DNA of 64,000 bases from the human T2T-CHM13v2.0 reference genome, Homo sapiens. The translations under genes were made by a program, and so were the position numbers. The stretch lies in assembly GCF_009914755.1 (NCBI RefSeq), contig NC_060928.1. The stretch is one strand, 5' to 3'. Shown one piece after another: positions 1-14,332 of the stretch (position 1 is the first letter of the stretch; every line of letters begins with the position of its first letter). The notes beneath the pieces are model-generated. The model saw nothing but the letters and a program-made list of their open reading frames with translations, was not told the DNA's origin and did no database searches.

Positions 1-999
1 TGCCTACTTCTCTGAGACCACACCACTTCCATGACAGCATTCAGCGCGCGGGGTTCCCTCCAAAGCGGAACCGAATCATTCTCACCAGTATCCAGGTAAC
101 ACCTGCAGTGACACAAGCTCCCAGGTGAGAAAATGGAGTGTCCGATGAGAAAAACAATAAAGACAAACTGGCAGCGCCAGAAAATCAGTTAGAAAAAAAC
201 TAGACTTGAACCTTTACTCTCACAAAATAGCTAATGGTAGTCTTTCGTTTTTAAAGGTGGGCTTTTGTTTATTTATTCATTCAGCAAAAAATCACGAGTA
301 CTTTCTGCAACACCAGGGCTTGAAGGAAGATACAGCACCAACCCCCCAACGGCCGTGCAGTTCTCCGATTCGGCCAGCAGAGGGAGCGAAGGGCCAGCTC
401 TGTGGGAGGACCTGCAGAGCTGGACACCAGCTGAACCGCGTGGGCAGCCACACCACCCCCTGGCCACGCCACAAAATGCCCAAGACAAAGAAGTCCCAGC
501 TGTCCTTTAGGTGTTTAGAGCTACAGTGAGGGTACCCTGGGGAGATCTGAGAACAGTCCTGCAGCATGGTTCTGGGAAGATGAGGAGAGGAGGGAATCCT
601 TGGGTAGAACCAACATGCCCCACCCAGACTAAAGGGTCGGAGGATCTAAGAACTGGCAAGTCAAACCTCAGATACAAAACATAGTCCTCTTTGACCACAC
701 AACACGCCCTCAGTGATACTATGCACTAAATCGCGCGACGCCATTTCCAAGCCCCCAACTCTACTGTCCTCAGTGAGACAGAAGGAAGGGTTCCCCGCCT
801 TTTGGGGTGGAGGAAGCCTGGATGTGAAGACAGATTTGAAAAAGAAGTGCAGGAGCATTCAAGACCATGGGCAGGCCCCCTGGCAAATTCACCCAGGGGG
901 CTGGTGGAGACTATATTTCCTGCTGTGTAGTCTTCTTTCCTGGTGTGAGGAAAGGGAGGGAATGTGCAGAGGGAAAACAGGCAGTGCTGGTTGCTTTTT

Positions 1000-1285
1000 T
1001 TTGTTGTTGTTGTTTGTTTGTTTGTTTGAGACAGAGTCTCACTCTGTCACCTAGGCTTGAATGCAATGGCACAATTATGGCTCGCCAGAGCCTTGACCTC
1101 GCAGGCTTAAGCAATCCTCCCATCTGAGCCACCCAAGTAGCTGGGACTGCAGGCACGGGCCATCATGCTCGGCTACTTTCTTTTGTATTTTTCAAAGAGT
1201 CAGGGTTTTTTCACGTTGCCCAGGCTGGTCTCAAACTCCTGAGCTCAAGCAATCTGCCCACCTTGGCCTCCCAAAGTGCTGGAAC
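1000..1285 (-). mobile_element. Alu (AluJ-like)
   Basis: T-rich tail, then gagacagagtctcactctgtcacc ... cctcccaaagtgctgg. Confidence 0.9.
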
Positions 1286-1951
1286 TGCCAGGGTGGGGAG
1301 CTTGCTGAACCAATTGTTCAGGACCAGCGTTGTGAGGCTAGCGTCCGTCACCATGGGGAACAGAAGGGTCATATGTGCCACATTGCCAGCTGCCCACTAC
1401 TCCCCTAATGAGCCAAGAAAGACATGAAAGCCAGTTAGTGACCAAACGTCCCCATTCTACATTACACATGTACTAGAGGGGATATCAAAAAGGCCAATTA
1501 ACCAAAAACTAAGCCCGTCGTCCCCAAGTGACCCCTTTCAACTATAAATCGGGATTGGAGGAATTCTAACATCCATCCTAGTGCACACATTCTGAGTTTC
1601 TGGTTCTCATGTTGTGACTTGGTCACAAATGACCAAATCAACCTTTCCACTTCCTCAGCATAAGCTGTTATTGATCATCTTGTTTTCAAGGACATACACA
1701 CGCGCACACACACACGCACACTCCAAATCAGAATCCTATGAGGTACCACACAGAGTGAAGTTTGCTGTCTATACATTTTAAAAATCTCAACCAGGATATG
1801 AAGGAGAGATGGAATGCAGATGGTGACAAATGACTCTGTGTTACAAATGAGTCACATTACCATGCAGAAGCGGGTGGGGAACAAAGGAGCTGACTTAAGA
1901 AACTTTGGCAAATACAGTTTTGACAGAATACTGTAAGGCTAAAAACAAGAA

Positions 1952-2196
1952 CCACACACACACACAGACACACACAGACACACACACAGACACACACACA
2001 CAGACACACACACAGACACACACACACACACAGACACACACATACACAGACACACACACAGACACACACACACAGACACACACACACAGACACACACACA
2101 TACACACAGACACACACACAGACACACACACACACACAGACACACACACACACAGACACACACACATACACACACAGAGACACACACATACACACA
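1952..2196. repeat. Compound (CA)n/(CAGACA)n microsatellite, ~245 bp
   Basis: Directly visible acacacacagacacacac array. Confidence 0.97.
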
Positions 2197-2702
2197 GTAC
2201 TTCAGTTGGAAAGTGTGTTTCTCACAGTAATATATTTTCAAACTACTTAATATGTATGCTAGTGTTGAATAAACATGTAAAAATATCATAGATAATAAGA
2301 GCCAGGTTTCCTCACTGTTGGAGAAGAAAGTTACAAATAAGGAAAGCAGGAAGCTTAGAACGAGTACTATGGAGCAAGCCTGGAGTCAGAAGTAGCAGTG
2401 TGGGCACATGCTTTTGTTTTACAGATAGATACAAAAAATACATAAAGATGTGTGTATCTGCATGGGTTGGTGTGTGTGTATGTATATATGTGTGTACAGG
2501 GGGCCTAGTAGCTGTGACATCCCAGCATCAATGAGGACACCTAGTGCTCTTTATTTCTAAACATCATTGTCCAATAAAAGGAACCAGGGCTCCTTGGGTT
2601 AGTGGTTGATTTCAGGGCTGGGGCAAGGAAAATACAAGACAAGATGAACCTGGAGAATCTTGTGGTGCCAGAAAGTAATAAAGGGCTTTCAAAAAAGAAA
2701 GG

Positions 2703-2962
2703 ACCTGTAATCCTAGCACTTTGGAAGGCTGAGGTAGGTGGATCACTTGAGGCCAGGAGTTCAAAACCAGCCTGGCCAACATGGTGAAACCCTGTCTCTA
2801 CTAAAAATACAAAATGTAGCCAGGTGTGGTGGCGTATGCTTGTAATCCCAGCTACTCAGGAGGCTGAGGCAGAAGAACCACTTGAGCCTGGGAGGCAAAC
2901 GTTGCAGCGAGTCGAGATTGTACCACTGCACTCTGGCCTGGGCGACAGAGTGAGACTTTGTC
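2703..2962 (+). mobile_element. 5'-truncated Alu (S/J-like)
   Basis: cctgtaatcctagcactttggaaggctgagg ... gacagagtgagactttgtc. Confidence 0.9.
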
Positions 2963-3018
2963 AAGAAAGAAAGAAAAAGAATAAAGAAAGAAAGAGAGAG
3001 AGAGAGAGAGAAAGAAAG

Positions 3019-3069
<51 letters not shown>

Positions 3070-3503
3070 AGGAAAAGAAAAGAAAAGAAAGAGAAAGGAA
3101 AGAAGGAAAGAAAGAGAAAGAAAGGAAGAAAGAGGAAGGAAGGGAGGGAGAGAGAGAAGGAGAGAAAGAGGAAGGGAAGGAGAGAGGGAGGGAGGAAGGA
3201 AGGGAAGAAGGAAGAGAGGGTAGAAGAAAGGAGGAAGAGAAAGAGAAGGAAGGAGAAAGAAAAAGAAGAAAGGGAAGGAAGGAAAAAGATGCAAGAAAGG
3301 GGAAGGATGGAAGGCAAGAAGAAGGAGGAGGAGGAGAAGGAGGAGGAGAAGGAAGGAAGGGAGAGAGAGAAAGAAAAGAAAGAAAAAAAGGAGAAAGAAG
3401 AAAGAAAGAGAAAGAAAAAAGAAAGAAAGAAGGAAAGAAAGAAAAAGGAAAGAAGACAAGAGAAAGAAAGAAAGAGTGTGTAATAGGTGGAGGAAGGAGA
3501 AAA
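2963..3503 (+). repeat. ~540 bp polypurine (GAAA/GA/GGAA/GAG) low-complexity tract grown from the Alu tail
   Basis: Almost exclusively A/G on the + strand, with only a few pyrimidines. Confidence 0.96.
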
Positions 3504-3599
3504 GTAAAGGATGGAACCACATCAAGGGACATGGGCACCAACCTGAAAGGGCTCCTACCACAGACATAGCCACTGCAGCCAGGATCCACCAATGGTTGG

Positions 3600-4010
3600 T
3601 GTGGTGGGTTGAATGATATCCCCCACAAGACCTGTTGATGTTGAAGTCCTACCTTCTGAGACCTGTGGATATGACCTTATCAGGAAATGGGTTCTCTGCA
3701 AATGTAATCAAGTTAAGATAAAGTCATACTGGATTAGGGTGGACCCTAAACCCAATGCCTGGTGTCCTTGTAAGAGCAGAGGACTCCCTCACACAGGAAA
3801 GAAGACACAGAATGCCAGAATTGCCAGCAACCATCAGAAGCTGGGAGGGAGGCATGGGCCAGATTATACCCCAGAGATATCAGAAGGAATCAACCCTGCA
3901 GACACCTTGACTTCAGGGTCTGGCTTTTTAGACTGTGAAAGAATACACTTCTGTGTTCTGGGGCACCCAGGTTTTGGTAATTTGTTATGGTAGCCCTAGA
4001 AAACTCATAC
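3600..4010 (+). mobile_element. MaLR LTR (MLT1 family)
   Basis: tgtggtgggttgaat...gaccttat...aatgtaatcaagttaag...tggtaatttgttatggtagccctagaaaactcataca. Confidence 0.8.
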
Positions 4011-4640
4011 AGATGGTAAAATTAATGTGTGAAAGTTTAAGCAGAAATAAGATATTGGCCTAATCTCTAAGTATCTCCCATCTAATATTCATTAATTACA
4101 AAGGGAAAATAGTAACTTTACCAAAATGAAACCTGGCAGACACCACCTTGGGCAATGATGAAGATTGACATCACGGGTAATATGTACCATCACGTTCCTG
4201 ACATGATTCAATGGGAAGGGCACATCACCTGTATGGTGTCCCTTCCCTTATGCAAAACCTCCGTCTAATCACAAGAATCAGCTGAAACACCTAGGTTGAG
4301 GGAGAGTCTACAAAAGAACTGATCAGTACATTCGAGTGTCAAGATCACGAAACACAAGAAAAGACTAAAGGGCAACCACAGATCAGAGGGGACAGGATCC
4401 AACAACTAAATGCAGTGGGTGATCCTGGAACAGCAGGGGGACATTAGTGAGACAATGGATGCAATCCAAAGAACGTTGTGGTTTAATGAATGGTACTGTA
4501 CCACTGTTAGTTTTTTAGTTGTGATCACTTTTTTATAGTTAAGATGGTAACATACGGGGAAATGGAGGGAAGGGTTTACATGAACTCTGTACTGCTTTTG
4601 CAACTCTTCTACAAGTCCAAAATTATCTTCAAATTTAAAA
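4011..4640 (+). mobile_element. Old L1 (L1MC/MD-type) 3' fragment, probably continuing 2230-2700
   Basis: attaattacaaagggaaaatagtaacttta...aactaaatgcagtgggtgatcctgga...gaactctgtactgcttttgcaactcttct. Confidence 0.6.
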
Positions 4641-4739
4641 AGCAGTAACAGGCATACCTCATTTTATTGCACTTTGCTGTAGTGTGCTTTGCAGATATTG
4701 TAGGGTTTTCTTGTTTGTTTTTGTTTTGTTTTTTAATGA

Positions 4740-5105
<366 letters not shown>

Positions 5106-5864
5106 CATCAGCACCACTTTTCCAACAGCATGTGCTCACTCATGTCCCTGTGTCACATATGGGTAATTCTTGAAATATTTCAAACTTTTCAATTAATTAT
5201 TATTATATCTATTATAGTGATCCATGATCAGCGATTTCTGATGTTACTATTGTAATTGTTTTGGGATGACATGAACTGTGCCCACATAAAATGACAAACT
5301 TAATCTGTAAATGCTGTGCATGTGTGTTCCAACTGCCCGACCAACCAGCCGTTCCCGTCTCTCTCCCTCTCCTCAGGCCTCCCTATTCCCTGAGACAAAA
5401 TATTAAAATTAGGCCAGTTAGTAACCCTACAATGGCTTCTCACTGCTCAAGTGAAAGGAAGGGTCACATGCATCTCACCTTAAATAAAAAGCTAGAAATG
5501 ATTAAGGCGTGTCAAAAGCCGAGACAGGCAGAAAATTAGGCCTCCTGTACCAAATAGTTAAGGTGTGAATGCAAAGCAAAGCAAAAGTTTTGAAGAAAAT
5601 TTAAAATGCTACTCTAGCAAATACACGAATGATAAGAAAGTGCAACAGCCTTATTGCTGATACGGAGACAGATTCAGTGGCCTGGATAAAAAAATCAAAC
5701 CAGCCACAACATTCCCTTAAGCCCAAGCCTAATACAGAGCAAGGTCCTAACTCTTCAGTTCTATAATGACTGAAAGAAGTGAGGAAGCTGCAGAAAAAAG
5801 GTAGGAAGCTGCAGAAAAAAGGTTGGAAGCCAGCAGACGTTGGTTCATAAGATTTTTAAATTTA

Positions 5865-6150
5865 ATTTTTTTTTTTTTTTTTGAGACAGAGTCTAGCTCT
5901 GTCACCCAGGCTGGTGTGCAGTGACTGCAATCTCTATCTCCCGGATTCAAGTGATCCTTCTACTGCAGCCTCCTGAGTAGCTGAGATTACAGGTGTGCAC
6001 CATTATGCCCAGCTAGTTTTTGTATTTTTAGTGGAGACAGGGTTTCGCCGTGTTGGCCAGGTTGGTCTCAAACTCCTGACCTCAAGCAATCAGCCCGCCT
6101 CAGCCTCCCAAAGTGCTGGGATTACAGGCATGAGCCACTGCACCCAGCCA
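5865..6150 (-). mobile_element. AluS inserted in Tigger1
   Basis: Poly-T followed by antisense Alu body. Flanking repeat gttcataag on both sides. Confidence 0.92.
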
Positions 6151-7865
6151 GTTCATAAGGATTAACTAAAGAAACCATTGCCATTATATAGAAGTACAAA
6201 GTGAAGCAGCAAGTGCTAATTTAGAAACTGCAGTAAATAATCCAGAAAATCTAGGTAAGATCATGGATGAAGGTGGCTAAATGAAAAAACAGATTTGGAA
6301 GGAGATGACATCTAGGATTTTCATAGTTGAGAAGTCAATGCCTGGCTTCAAAACCTCAAAAGCATAGGCTCTCATTTTAGGGGCTAACATAGCTGTCAAC
6401 TTTAGGTTGAAGCCAATGCTCATTTACCATCTTGAAAATCATAAGGCCCTTAAGAATTATGCTAAATCGACTCTGCCTGTAAACAGCCTAGATAACAGCA
6501 CATCTGTTGACAGCATGGTTTACTGAACATTTAAAGCCCACTGTTGAGACCTACTGCTCAGAAAAAAAGATTCCATTCAAAATAATAACTCATTGACAAG
6601 GACCTGGTCAGTTACCCAAGAGCTCTTATGGAGATGTACAAAGGGAGAAATGCTTTCATGCCTGCTAACACAACATCCATTCTGCAGCCCATAGATTAAT
6701 TCCCACTTTCAAGTCTAATTATTTAAGAAAGGCATTTCATAAGGCTACAGCCGCCGTAGACAGTGATTCCTCTAGTGGACCTCAGTAAAGTCAATTGAAA
6801 TCTTCTGGAAGGAATTCACCATTCTAGATGCCATTAAGAACATTTTTGATTCACAGGAGGTAAAAATAGAGACATTAACAGGAGTCTGGAAGTTGATTCC
6901 AACCCTCACAGATGACTTGGAGGGGTTCAAGACTTCAGTGGAGGAAGTCACTGCAGATGTGGTGGAAACAGCAGCAGAACTAGAATCAGAAGTGAGCATG
7001 AAGATTGAACTGAATTGCTGCCATCTCATGATAAAACTTGAATAGATGAGGAATTGCTTAACAGATGATGAAAGAAAGTGGTTTCCTGAGATGGCATCTA
7101 CTCCTGGTGAAGATGCTGTGAACACTGTTGAAATGACAGCAAAGGATTTAGAATATAATAATACATAAACTTAGTTGATAAAGCAGCATCAGATTTTGAG
7201 ATGATTGACTCCAATTTTGAAAGATGTTCTACTGTGATAAAATGCTATCAAACAGTACTGCATGCTATAGAGAAAACTTTCATGAAAGGTGAGGTCAATC
7301 AGTGCAGCAAACTTTATCACTGTGTTATTTTAAGAAATTGCCACAGCCACCCCAACCTTCAGTAACCACCACCCTGGTCAGTAGCCTTCAACATTGAGGC
7401 AAGATCCTGCAGCAGCAAAAAGATTATGACTTGCTGAAGGCTCAGATTATCGTATTTTTTTTTAGCAATAAAAAGTATTTTAAATTAAGGTATGTATGTT
7501 TTTTGACAGAATATTATTGCATATACTTAATAGACTATAGTATAGTATAAATATAACTTTTTTATATGCAGTGGGAAACCAAAAAGCTCATGTGGCTGGC
7601 TTGATTGCAATATTTGCTTTACTGCAGTAGGCCGGGGCTGAACCCACAGTATCTCCAAAGTATGCCTGTGTTAGGGGAAGGGGTACTGCAGGAGGGGAAA
7701 TCTCATGAGGAAAGTCAGCCAAGTGATCACTTGATATTTCAAGACACAAGAAATTCAGCACTGTAAAAAATTAAGCTCAATAATTATACTGCCACGACTG
7801 TATTTCCAGTGTACAAGGCGCCAATAATTGGATCACCCACAAGACAACACACTGCGTTTAACATT

Positions 7866-7871
7866 TTTATT
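7866..7871 (-). terminator. Probable main polyadenylation signal AATAAA of RELL1
   Basis: tttatt on the + strand. GT-rich downstream sequence on the minus strand (gtgtgttgtcttgtggg at ~7852-7836) and several upstream TGTA motifs. Confidence 0.7.
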
Positions 7872-9112
7872 TTTAACTCCGCTTTGGTAGTACAAAAGTC
7901 ATAAAAGTACAAACCAGACAGTTAAAAATACACTTGACACTCGAAATGGTGAAAATTTTCCTTACAAATTTTTACATCAAGGTAGTAGCCAACTCATTGA
8001 TGACACCAAAAAGTTGTCCATCATTAGTGTTTTCTAGAGAAAGTCTGTTGTGGATTCCCTCATCCTTAGAAAGGAGGAGGAGAAACACAAGACCTGTAAA
8101 CATCAGTTGCTTTGGGAACACAGGAATTCTCATCAGATAGTTCAGTATAAACCAGTAAAAAGCGTATGTGTTGAAAATACTGAACGCTTAATTTTGGCAA
8201 ATTTGGAAGCCTGCCAGACAAAAACCGCTCAAGTATTTATTAGAAAATATTTAAAACATACTCTTGGTATCAATACAGTTTTAAATATTTTTGAGTATTC
8301 TCTTGCCTGTTGTATTGCTATTTAAAAAAAAGTGCTCTGACTTGAATAAGATGGAAAAATAATTAAAGCTAAAGAATATCTTACATTTTATCCCCCACCA
8401 TTTTGAGGGCATATTTTTAAAGCAAAAAAGTATGCTTATTTGTTTTTAATTAAAATGATTAGCCTAGACTGCACATATATTATTTACACTAATACATACC
8501 CCTAAAAGTCCTATATTGCTACTTTCTGGATCTCAGTGAAATTTATTTCCATACTGACTTTCTCCAGTCCACAGTGTATATGAATATGTACACATACAGT
8601 GTTTATTAGTTGTCAGTAAAAATTCTCATGAAACTAAATTCCCCATTTATTTAAAAGGTTAGAAATGTTTAGTTTGATGCTGGAAATAAAATCATTGAAG
8701 TCTATGTACAGTAAATACTTTGAAGTATATTTTTATGGAAATCATCTTTTGGGAGACAAATGAAAGATGTGCATTTTCCTATATGAAATAAAAGAAGTGC
8801 TCAAGGCACCCCCCAACACTGACATGGAGGCGGGTCTTGGAGACCTTGTAACTGGCCTCCCCCACAGCTCACCCCAGAGCTACCATAAATCATGTAATAC
8901 TATTTATGCCTCTGGGTCCTTTCAGGTGTTTTGTAAAATGTACAGTTATAAAAAAAAAAAAGAAAAAGAAAAGTTTGCCAGGCCTAAAGGGAAAAGTAAC
9001 TGGAGTGTTTTAAATAATGAGCATTAGTTACAGGATGAAAAACAGGAAATACACAAAGAAAAACATGCCAGAGGTAGGTGCAGGCCCATCTTATATGAGA
9101 AGCAGGGTTCTA

Positions 9113-9503
<391 letters not shown>

Positions 9504-9569
9504 TCAATGGATTAACCAAGAATCGCTCAGCTAAAGGTTAAAAAAAAAAAAACAAAAAAAAAACAAAAA

Positions 9570-9870
9570 ACCGGGTGCAGTGGCCCACGCCTATATTCCC
9601 AGCACTTTGGGAGGCCGAGGCGGGTAGATCGCCTGAGGTCAGGAGTTCAAGACCAGCCTGACCAATATAGTGATACCCCGTCTCTACTAAAAATACAAAA
9701 ATTAGTCGAGCGTGGTGGTGCATGCCTGTAATCCCAGCTACTTGGGAGGCTGAGGCAGGAGAATCGCTTGAACCTGGGGAGGTGGAGATTGAGGTGAGTG
9801 GAGATTGTGCCACTGCACTCCAGCCTAGGGGACACAGCGAGACTCTGCCTCAAAAAAAAAAAAAAAAAAA
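9570..9870 (+). mobile_element. AluSx-like in the RELL1 3'UTR
   Basis: ccgggtgcagtggcccacgcct ... gactctgcctc followed by poly-A. Confidence 0.93.
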
Positions 9871-11452
9871 CCTTCTCAAAATGTGTAAGTGCTGTAGGAG
9901 TGACATGGTGGTGGCAGGAGTTAATGCTGAATTTGTGGTCAAGGAATCCAAAGTCTAGCATCTGGTCCCATCTGACTCCATGGTCCCTTGGGGAATCAAC
10001 TCCTCAGGGCTAACTAGATTATTTCCACTGAGCTTTTACCACTGAAGATTCATCTTTTATCTTTTGTAACAGCTAACCTGTATGTATCAAGATCTTCTTA
10101 CAACCAGTGTCAAAATAGGATGCAGGAACTGGAAAAAGAAACACACACTCACGTGCACACATGCATACACATATACACACACACCCCTGAGCATAAGCTC
10201 AGACTGTACATGAATAGTATCACTGCACATACTCATCATAATGGAAAAACTACAGTGTGTACACCAAGGCCTGGGATTAGGGGCTGGGAAGAGTAGAGGC
10301 TGGGAGTGGTTAAGAAGATAAAAACAGCTCTTTCCTTCCCTGGAAGTATAATAAAATTTTCAACAGACTCTTTCAACCAAAACTTGTTTCAAAGCAAACT
10401 GAATTCTGTATATGGCACAGCAATAATATTCCCTTTTAGGTTTTATCCACGTGCCTGCTGACTCCATGATAGAAACTGTATAAAATATATAAAAATATTC
10501 CCAAGGCAACTTCATATAAGTTTTCAGTCTCTTAGAGCTCTTCAAGTCAAGTCATTGCTGCAAGAGAAAACAAAAAATGTAGATCTTTAACCAAGGGTAA
10601 GCATCATATCACATATTAATCTGCCTGAATATTTAAAAACACAGAAGAATTATAATCTATTCTTACCCTGTCCCATCCCATCCCACCCCATTCCTTCTAC
10701 CACTGTACATTTTTTTCTAGAATTCAGGCTAAAGAAATTTAAGTAAAATATAATTAATTCCAAGAGTTCTCTCGAGATCTGGCTGTTTAAACGTATGTGC
10801 CCCTCCCCCTTTCTCTCTCTTGCTCCTGCTTTTCCCATGTGATGTGCCTTCAATAGGTGTCTTTCTAAAGCCCCACCAAAGCCAGTTCACTGGAAGTCTC
10901 TACTGACCATCCAAGACAGCACGGTTGGGATTTCAAGTAAGAACACAATGATTAAATATTCCATCTTAGGTCTTTATTGTACCTTCAGGGTTCTGGATTG
11001 TATTTTTAAGTCATTCTAACAACTGGCCCTTGTCAATGTCTACGTTTACATCACAAACAAAGGCCCATACTTGTAAAATAGCTCCCTGCTTTTCAAATGA
11101 CTTTCTATAACTATCTCATTTAATGAACAGCTCTGTGACTTTTTACTTTCCTGTTTTACAGACTGGGATAACCCAGGACAGGACTAAAATTATAGAGCTC
11201 CCCATGTATGCTGAAATACACATACCATGCAGGTGAACCCACACAAGGTTAAGGAACGAAACGTTCTCCCACCTGCCAAAATCATGTGTACCCTATAAAC
11301 GCTAAACAAAACCAGAGATAGACCCAGCTTGCAGAAATATGAAGAAATAGCATGAAGTTGCTAGAAGTGTTTTGAAGAACATACTTTTTACTTATTTTAC
11401 AGCTTGTCCTTCAAGATATGTACCTTATTATTATCTATGTTATCCTCTTCTG

Positions 11453-11542
11453 TCATTTGGTCATCCATAATATTCAATGGTATATTCAATATAATATTCA
11501 TTTGGTCAACCATAATATTCAATATTATATTCAATATAATAT
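11453..11542. repeat. 45-bp tandem duplication (2 copies), AT-rich
   Basis: tcatttggtca(t/a)ccataatattcaat..tatattcaatataatat at 11453-11497 and 11498-11542. Confidence 0.85.
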
Positions 11543-13329
11543 TCAAAGAGAATAGAGACAGAGCACAAGAGGAAGAATGAGGGAGACAGACAGAAAGAAA
11601 GAGATTTATTTCCCAAATGAGATGATGAGTAAAGGACCTTTATCCCCTTAGCTAAAAAGGAAACACTGTCCAATAAAACAGCATGGATCAAGTTTTTAAT
11701 TCTAATGAAATACGTAATACCCTGCACTGAATTGCCAAAACTGTACAAGAACTGCAGATTTTTACTGTAAAACTGAACAAAGTCAAGTCTGGAACTACTT
11801 TCAGGTAGGTGTCAATTCATATAAACATTCTAGCAGAGGGGGAAAAAAGGTAGAAAGGCCAGAGGTAGAGACATATAAAAATGGCCCTAAAAAAAAAAAA
11901 AGGAAAAAATGAGAGGGAATTTTCCAGGCAAAACCTTAAACTAGGCCATTATCTAGAAAACAGGTATGGTATTCCACTGTTTTTATGTCTCCTCTTTATG
12001 TGCTCCCTTAGAACTAGACATTTTTGCATCAAGGAAAATAACAACGTCAAAGGTGGGGGATGTCAGGCCTAGAAACTAATGTTTCATCACAGTAACAGTT
12101 TTCACTGCAACCTAGAAACACTCCTCATTTTGAGTGTTTTGCACAGATTTGACCGGCTTTAAGAACTGGGCATGCAAGAATACAGGCTAAGCTAAAAAGG
12201 AGGGGCCTGGATTCAAATCCAGACCCCTACTCCCAGCCGTGGAACCGTGGCTGTTTCTGTAGCATTCTCTCCTAGGGTTACTGGGGATTTGACATGAGAT
12301 GATCCTATGCACAACGCTTAATACGAGGAAAAGCAATCAGTATGCTCCGAAAGGTTAACTATTCTGGTCATTACCATCATCCAATTCTCTGCTCTCAACA
12401 ATCACATTAGCTTTCTTCAACAGCTGCCTTCTGCAGCTGATAAAAACTGCACTATCTGTAATATCTTTGAGAGAGGAAGTAAAAAATACAAATCACTGCT
12501 TAAAGTCCTCACTGCTAATACCAGAAACTAAGCAGAAAAGGGAAAGCTAATCTTATTAAAACCCTTGCAGTTCTGGTCTCTAATTACAAACACACATTTA
12601 TTAGAAGGTAGCACATTACTGGCACAACACTATGACCTTCCAGGTATTTCTTTAACCCAGAACAATAATAAAAGTGTTACAAGGTGCCTTCCATATTGTC
12701 CTGCAGCAGTCAGAAATCATGTGTGGGTGGGCACAGAGACACCAGAAAGGCTAACAGGAGTGGGTGAGAGAGGAAACACCCACCCACTCACTGTTCCCAG
12801 TTGCCATCACATGGGACCACACCACACTGAGCAAGCCTGGCCTATCTCTCTTCGGGAGAAATTTTGTGATGACAGTTTACACAAGTGAGTACTCAAGCTG
12901 GAAAAAATTAAGCGAAGTTCCATTACATGGAAAACAGAATTCAGAAATCCCAAAGTGTAACCATTTTGCTTATAAAACAAGACTGATGGATAAAAATTAA
13001 GAACCGCCCAGAAGATTTATCTGGAACAAAGGAAGAGGTTGTCTTTTTCTTTAGAGTTTATTGCTTATGACATAATCTTATAAAGATAAAGCCATAATCC
13101 TCTCATTATACTATGGGTCCACGGAAGCTGCCATATGTCTCTGATTAGGATATACATACAAATATCTATGCCTTGTTAAAAAGGATTCTCTAGAAAAAAA
13201 AAAGAAATTGATCCCTTTAAAAATTAGAAACATGTTATAAGAAACTAGGAGCCTAAGCGGATTAATGAACAGTAAATGCTAAAATCTCTAAGTGTAGGAT
13301 GTTAAGGAAGAAAAAGTCTATCTGATTAA

Positions 13330-13570
13330 TAATAACAGCACTGGCATTTGCAGAGCACTTTCTCTGTGCCAGGTACTGTCATGCTAAGCACTCTAGGGTC
13401 ATTAACTCAATCTTCCCGATGACTCCATAAGTCAATGATTCCTATTTTCATAGGAGGAAACTGAGGCTTCCAGGTTCAATAATTTACCAAAGGCCACACA
13501 ATTAGTAACGGGAAAGTAGGAAATCCATCCCAGGCAGTAAGACCTGGAAGACCACAAAGCTACCTCCATG
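13330..13570 (-). mobile_element. MIR
   Basis: cctattttcataggaggaaactgaggct...aatttaccaaaggccacacaattagtaa, the MIR core in reverse. Confidence 0.7.
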
Positions 13571-14332
13571 CTGCACTGCTATCCAGTCACCCCGGACACA
13601 CCCACAGCATCACTGGAATCCTCTGGTACCCTCGCTTCTCTGCTCCCCACCTGTGTGGCAGGCAACAGAAAGGAAATGCAGAAACTAGAAATGCTGCCAG
13701 GGTCTCTCTCAGGGGAAATCACTGTGGTTGCATGAACAGTTAAATGATGCTAAAAACCTATACTTTAAAGGGGCCCAGTCCCTGGGAAGATCAAAAGTAT
13801 ACACCTACACAACACTGAATTCTGATCTCATTCTAAGACAAGGCTATGGAACCACACAGTCGGATTAATAATTCTCTTGACCACTTTTAAATAAAATAAA
13901 TAGAGAACGTTGTTTATAGAGCTACATGACAGCAATATTAACACTGAAGTCCCGGAGCTACATTTAAGTGATCAATCACTAATAATCTGTGCTCCTTTAA
14001 GGCTCACACTTCTTAGTTAGAGATTTATCTTGTTCCAGGCTCTACTGACCATTCTGCAGTTACACGCTTGCAGGTTATGATGGCTGTGCATGTGACACCA
14101 TGGTCCTGCAATGGTACTGCCTGCGTAGATCGGCATCTTGGCAGATATCGATTAATGGAATCACATCACAGAGTATTCAGTGCTTATAGTCCTTTAAATC
14201 TTGCTCTGGTCTAAATTGTGTGTTAAATTTTATAAATTAACACGGATACCTTCTTATTTTAATAAAGGCTCTTGTTTAACAAACCCAATAGATTCATGCT
14301 AATCTAGGCTAATCCATGCAATCTTTTAAAAT

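Noticed and set aside
1-860. Overlapping short ORFs and scattered CpGs at the window start (possible exon of the neighbouring gene, or a CpG island)
   Set aside because: No recognisable protein, no convincing splice pair, and CpG density is too low for an island.
1857-2291. CV-repeat and HT-repeat ORFs
   Set aside because: Translations of the CA microsatellite.
2761-3628. Long ORFs of 219-270 aa (K/E/R-rich or F/L/S-rich)
   Set aside because: Translations of an Alu plus the polypurine tract. They are stop-free only because of low complexity.
5291-7125. Tigger1-derived ORFs as a domesticated TIGD-like gene
   Set aside because: The frame is fragmented by stops, indels and an Alu. No long ORF remains.
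10475-10477. Alternative acceptor ttttatacag| for the terminal exon
   Set aside because: The AG at 10559-10558 is reached first and has a much cleaner polypyrimidine tract. This site is at most a minor alternative.
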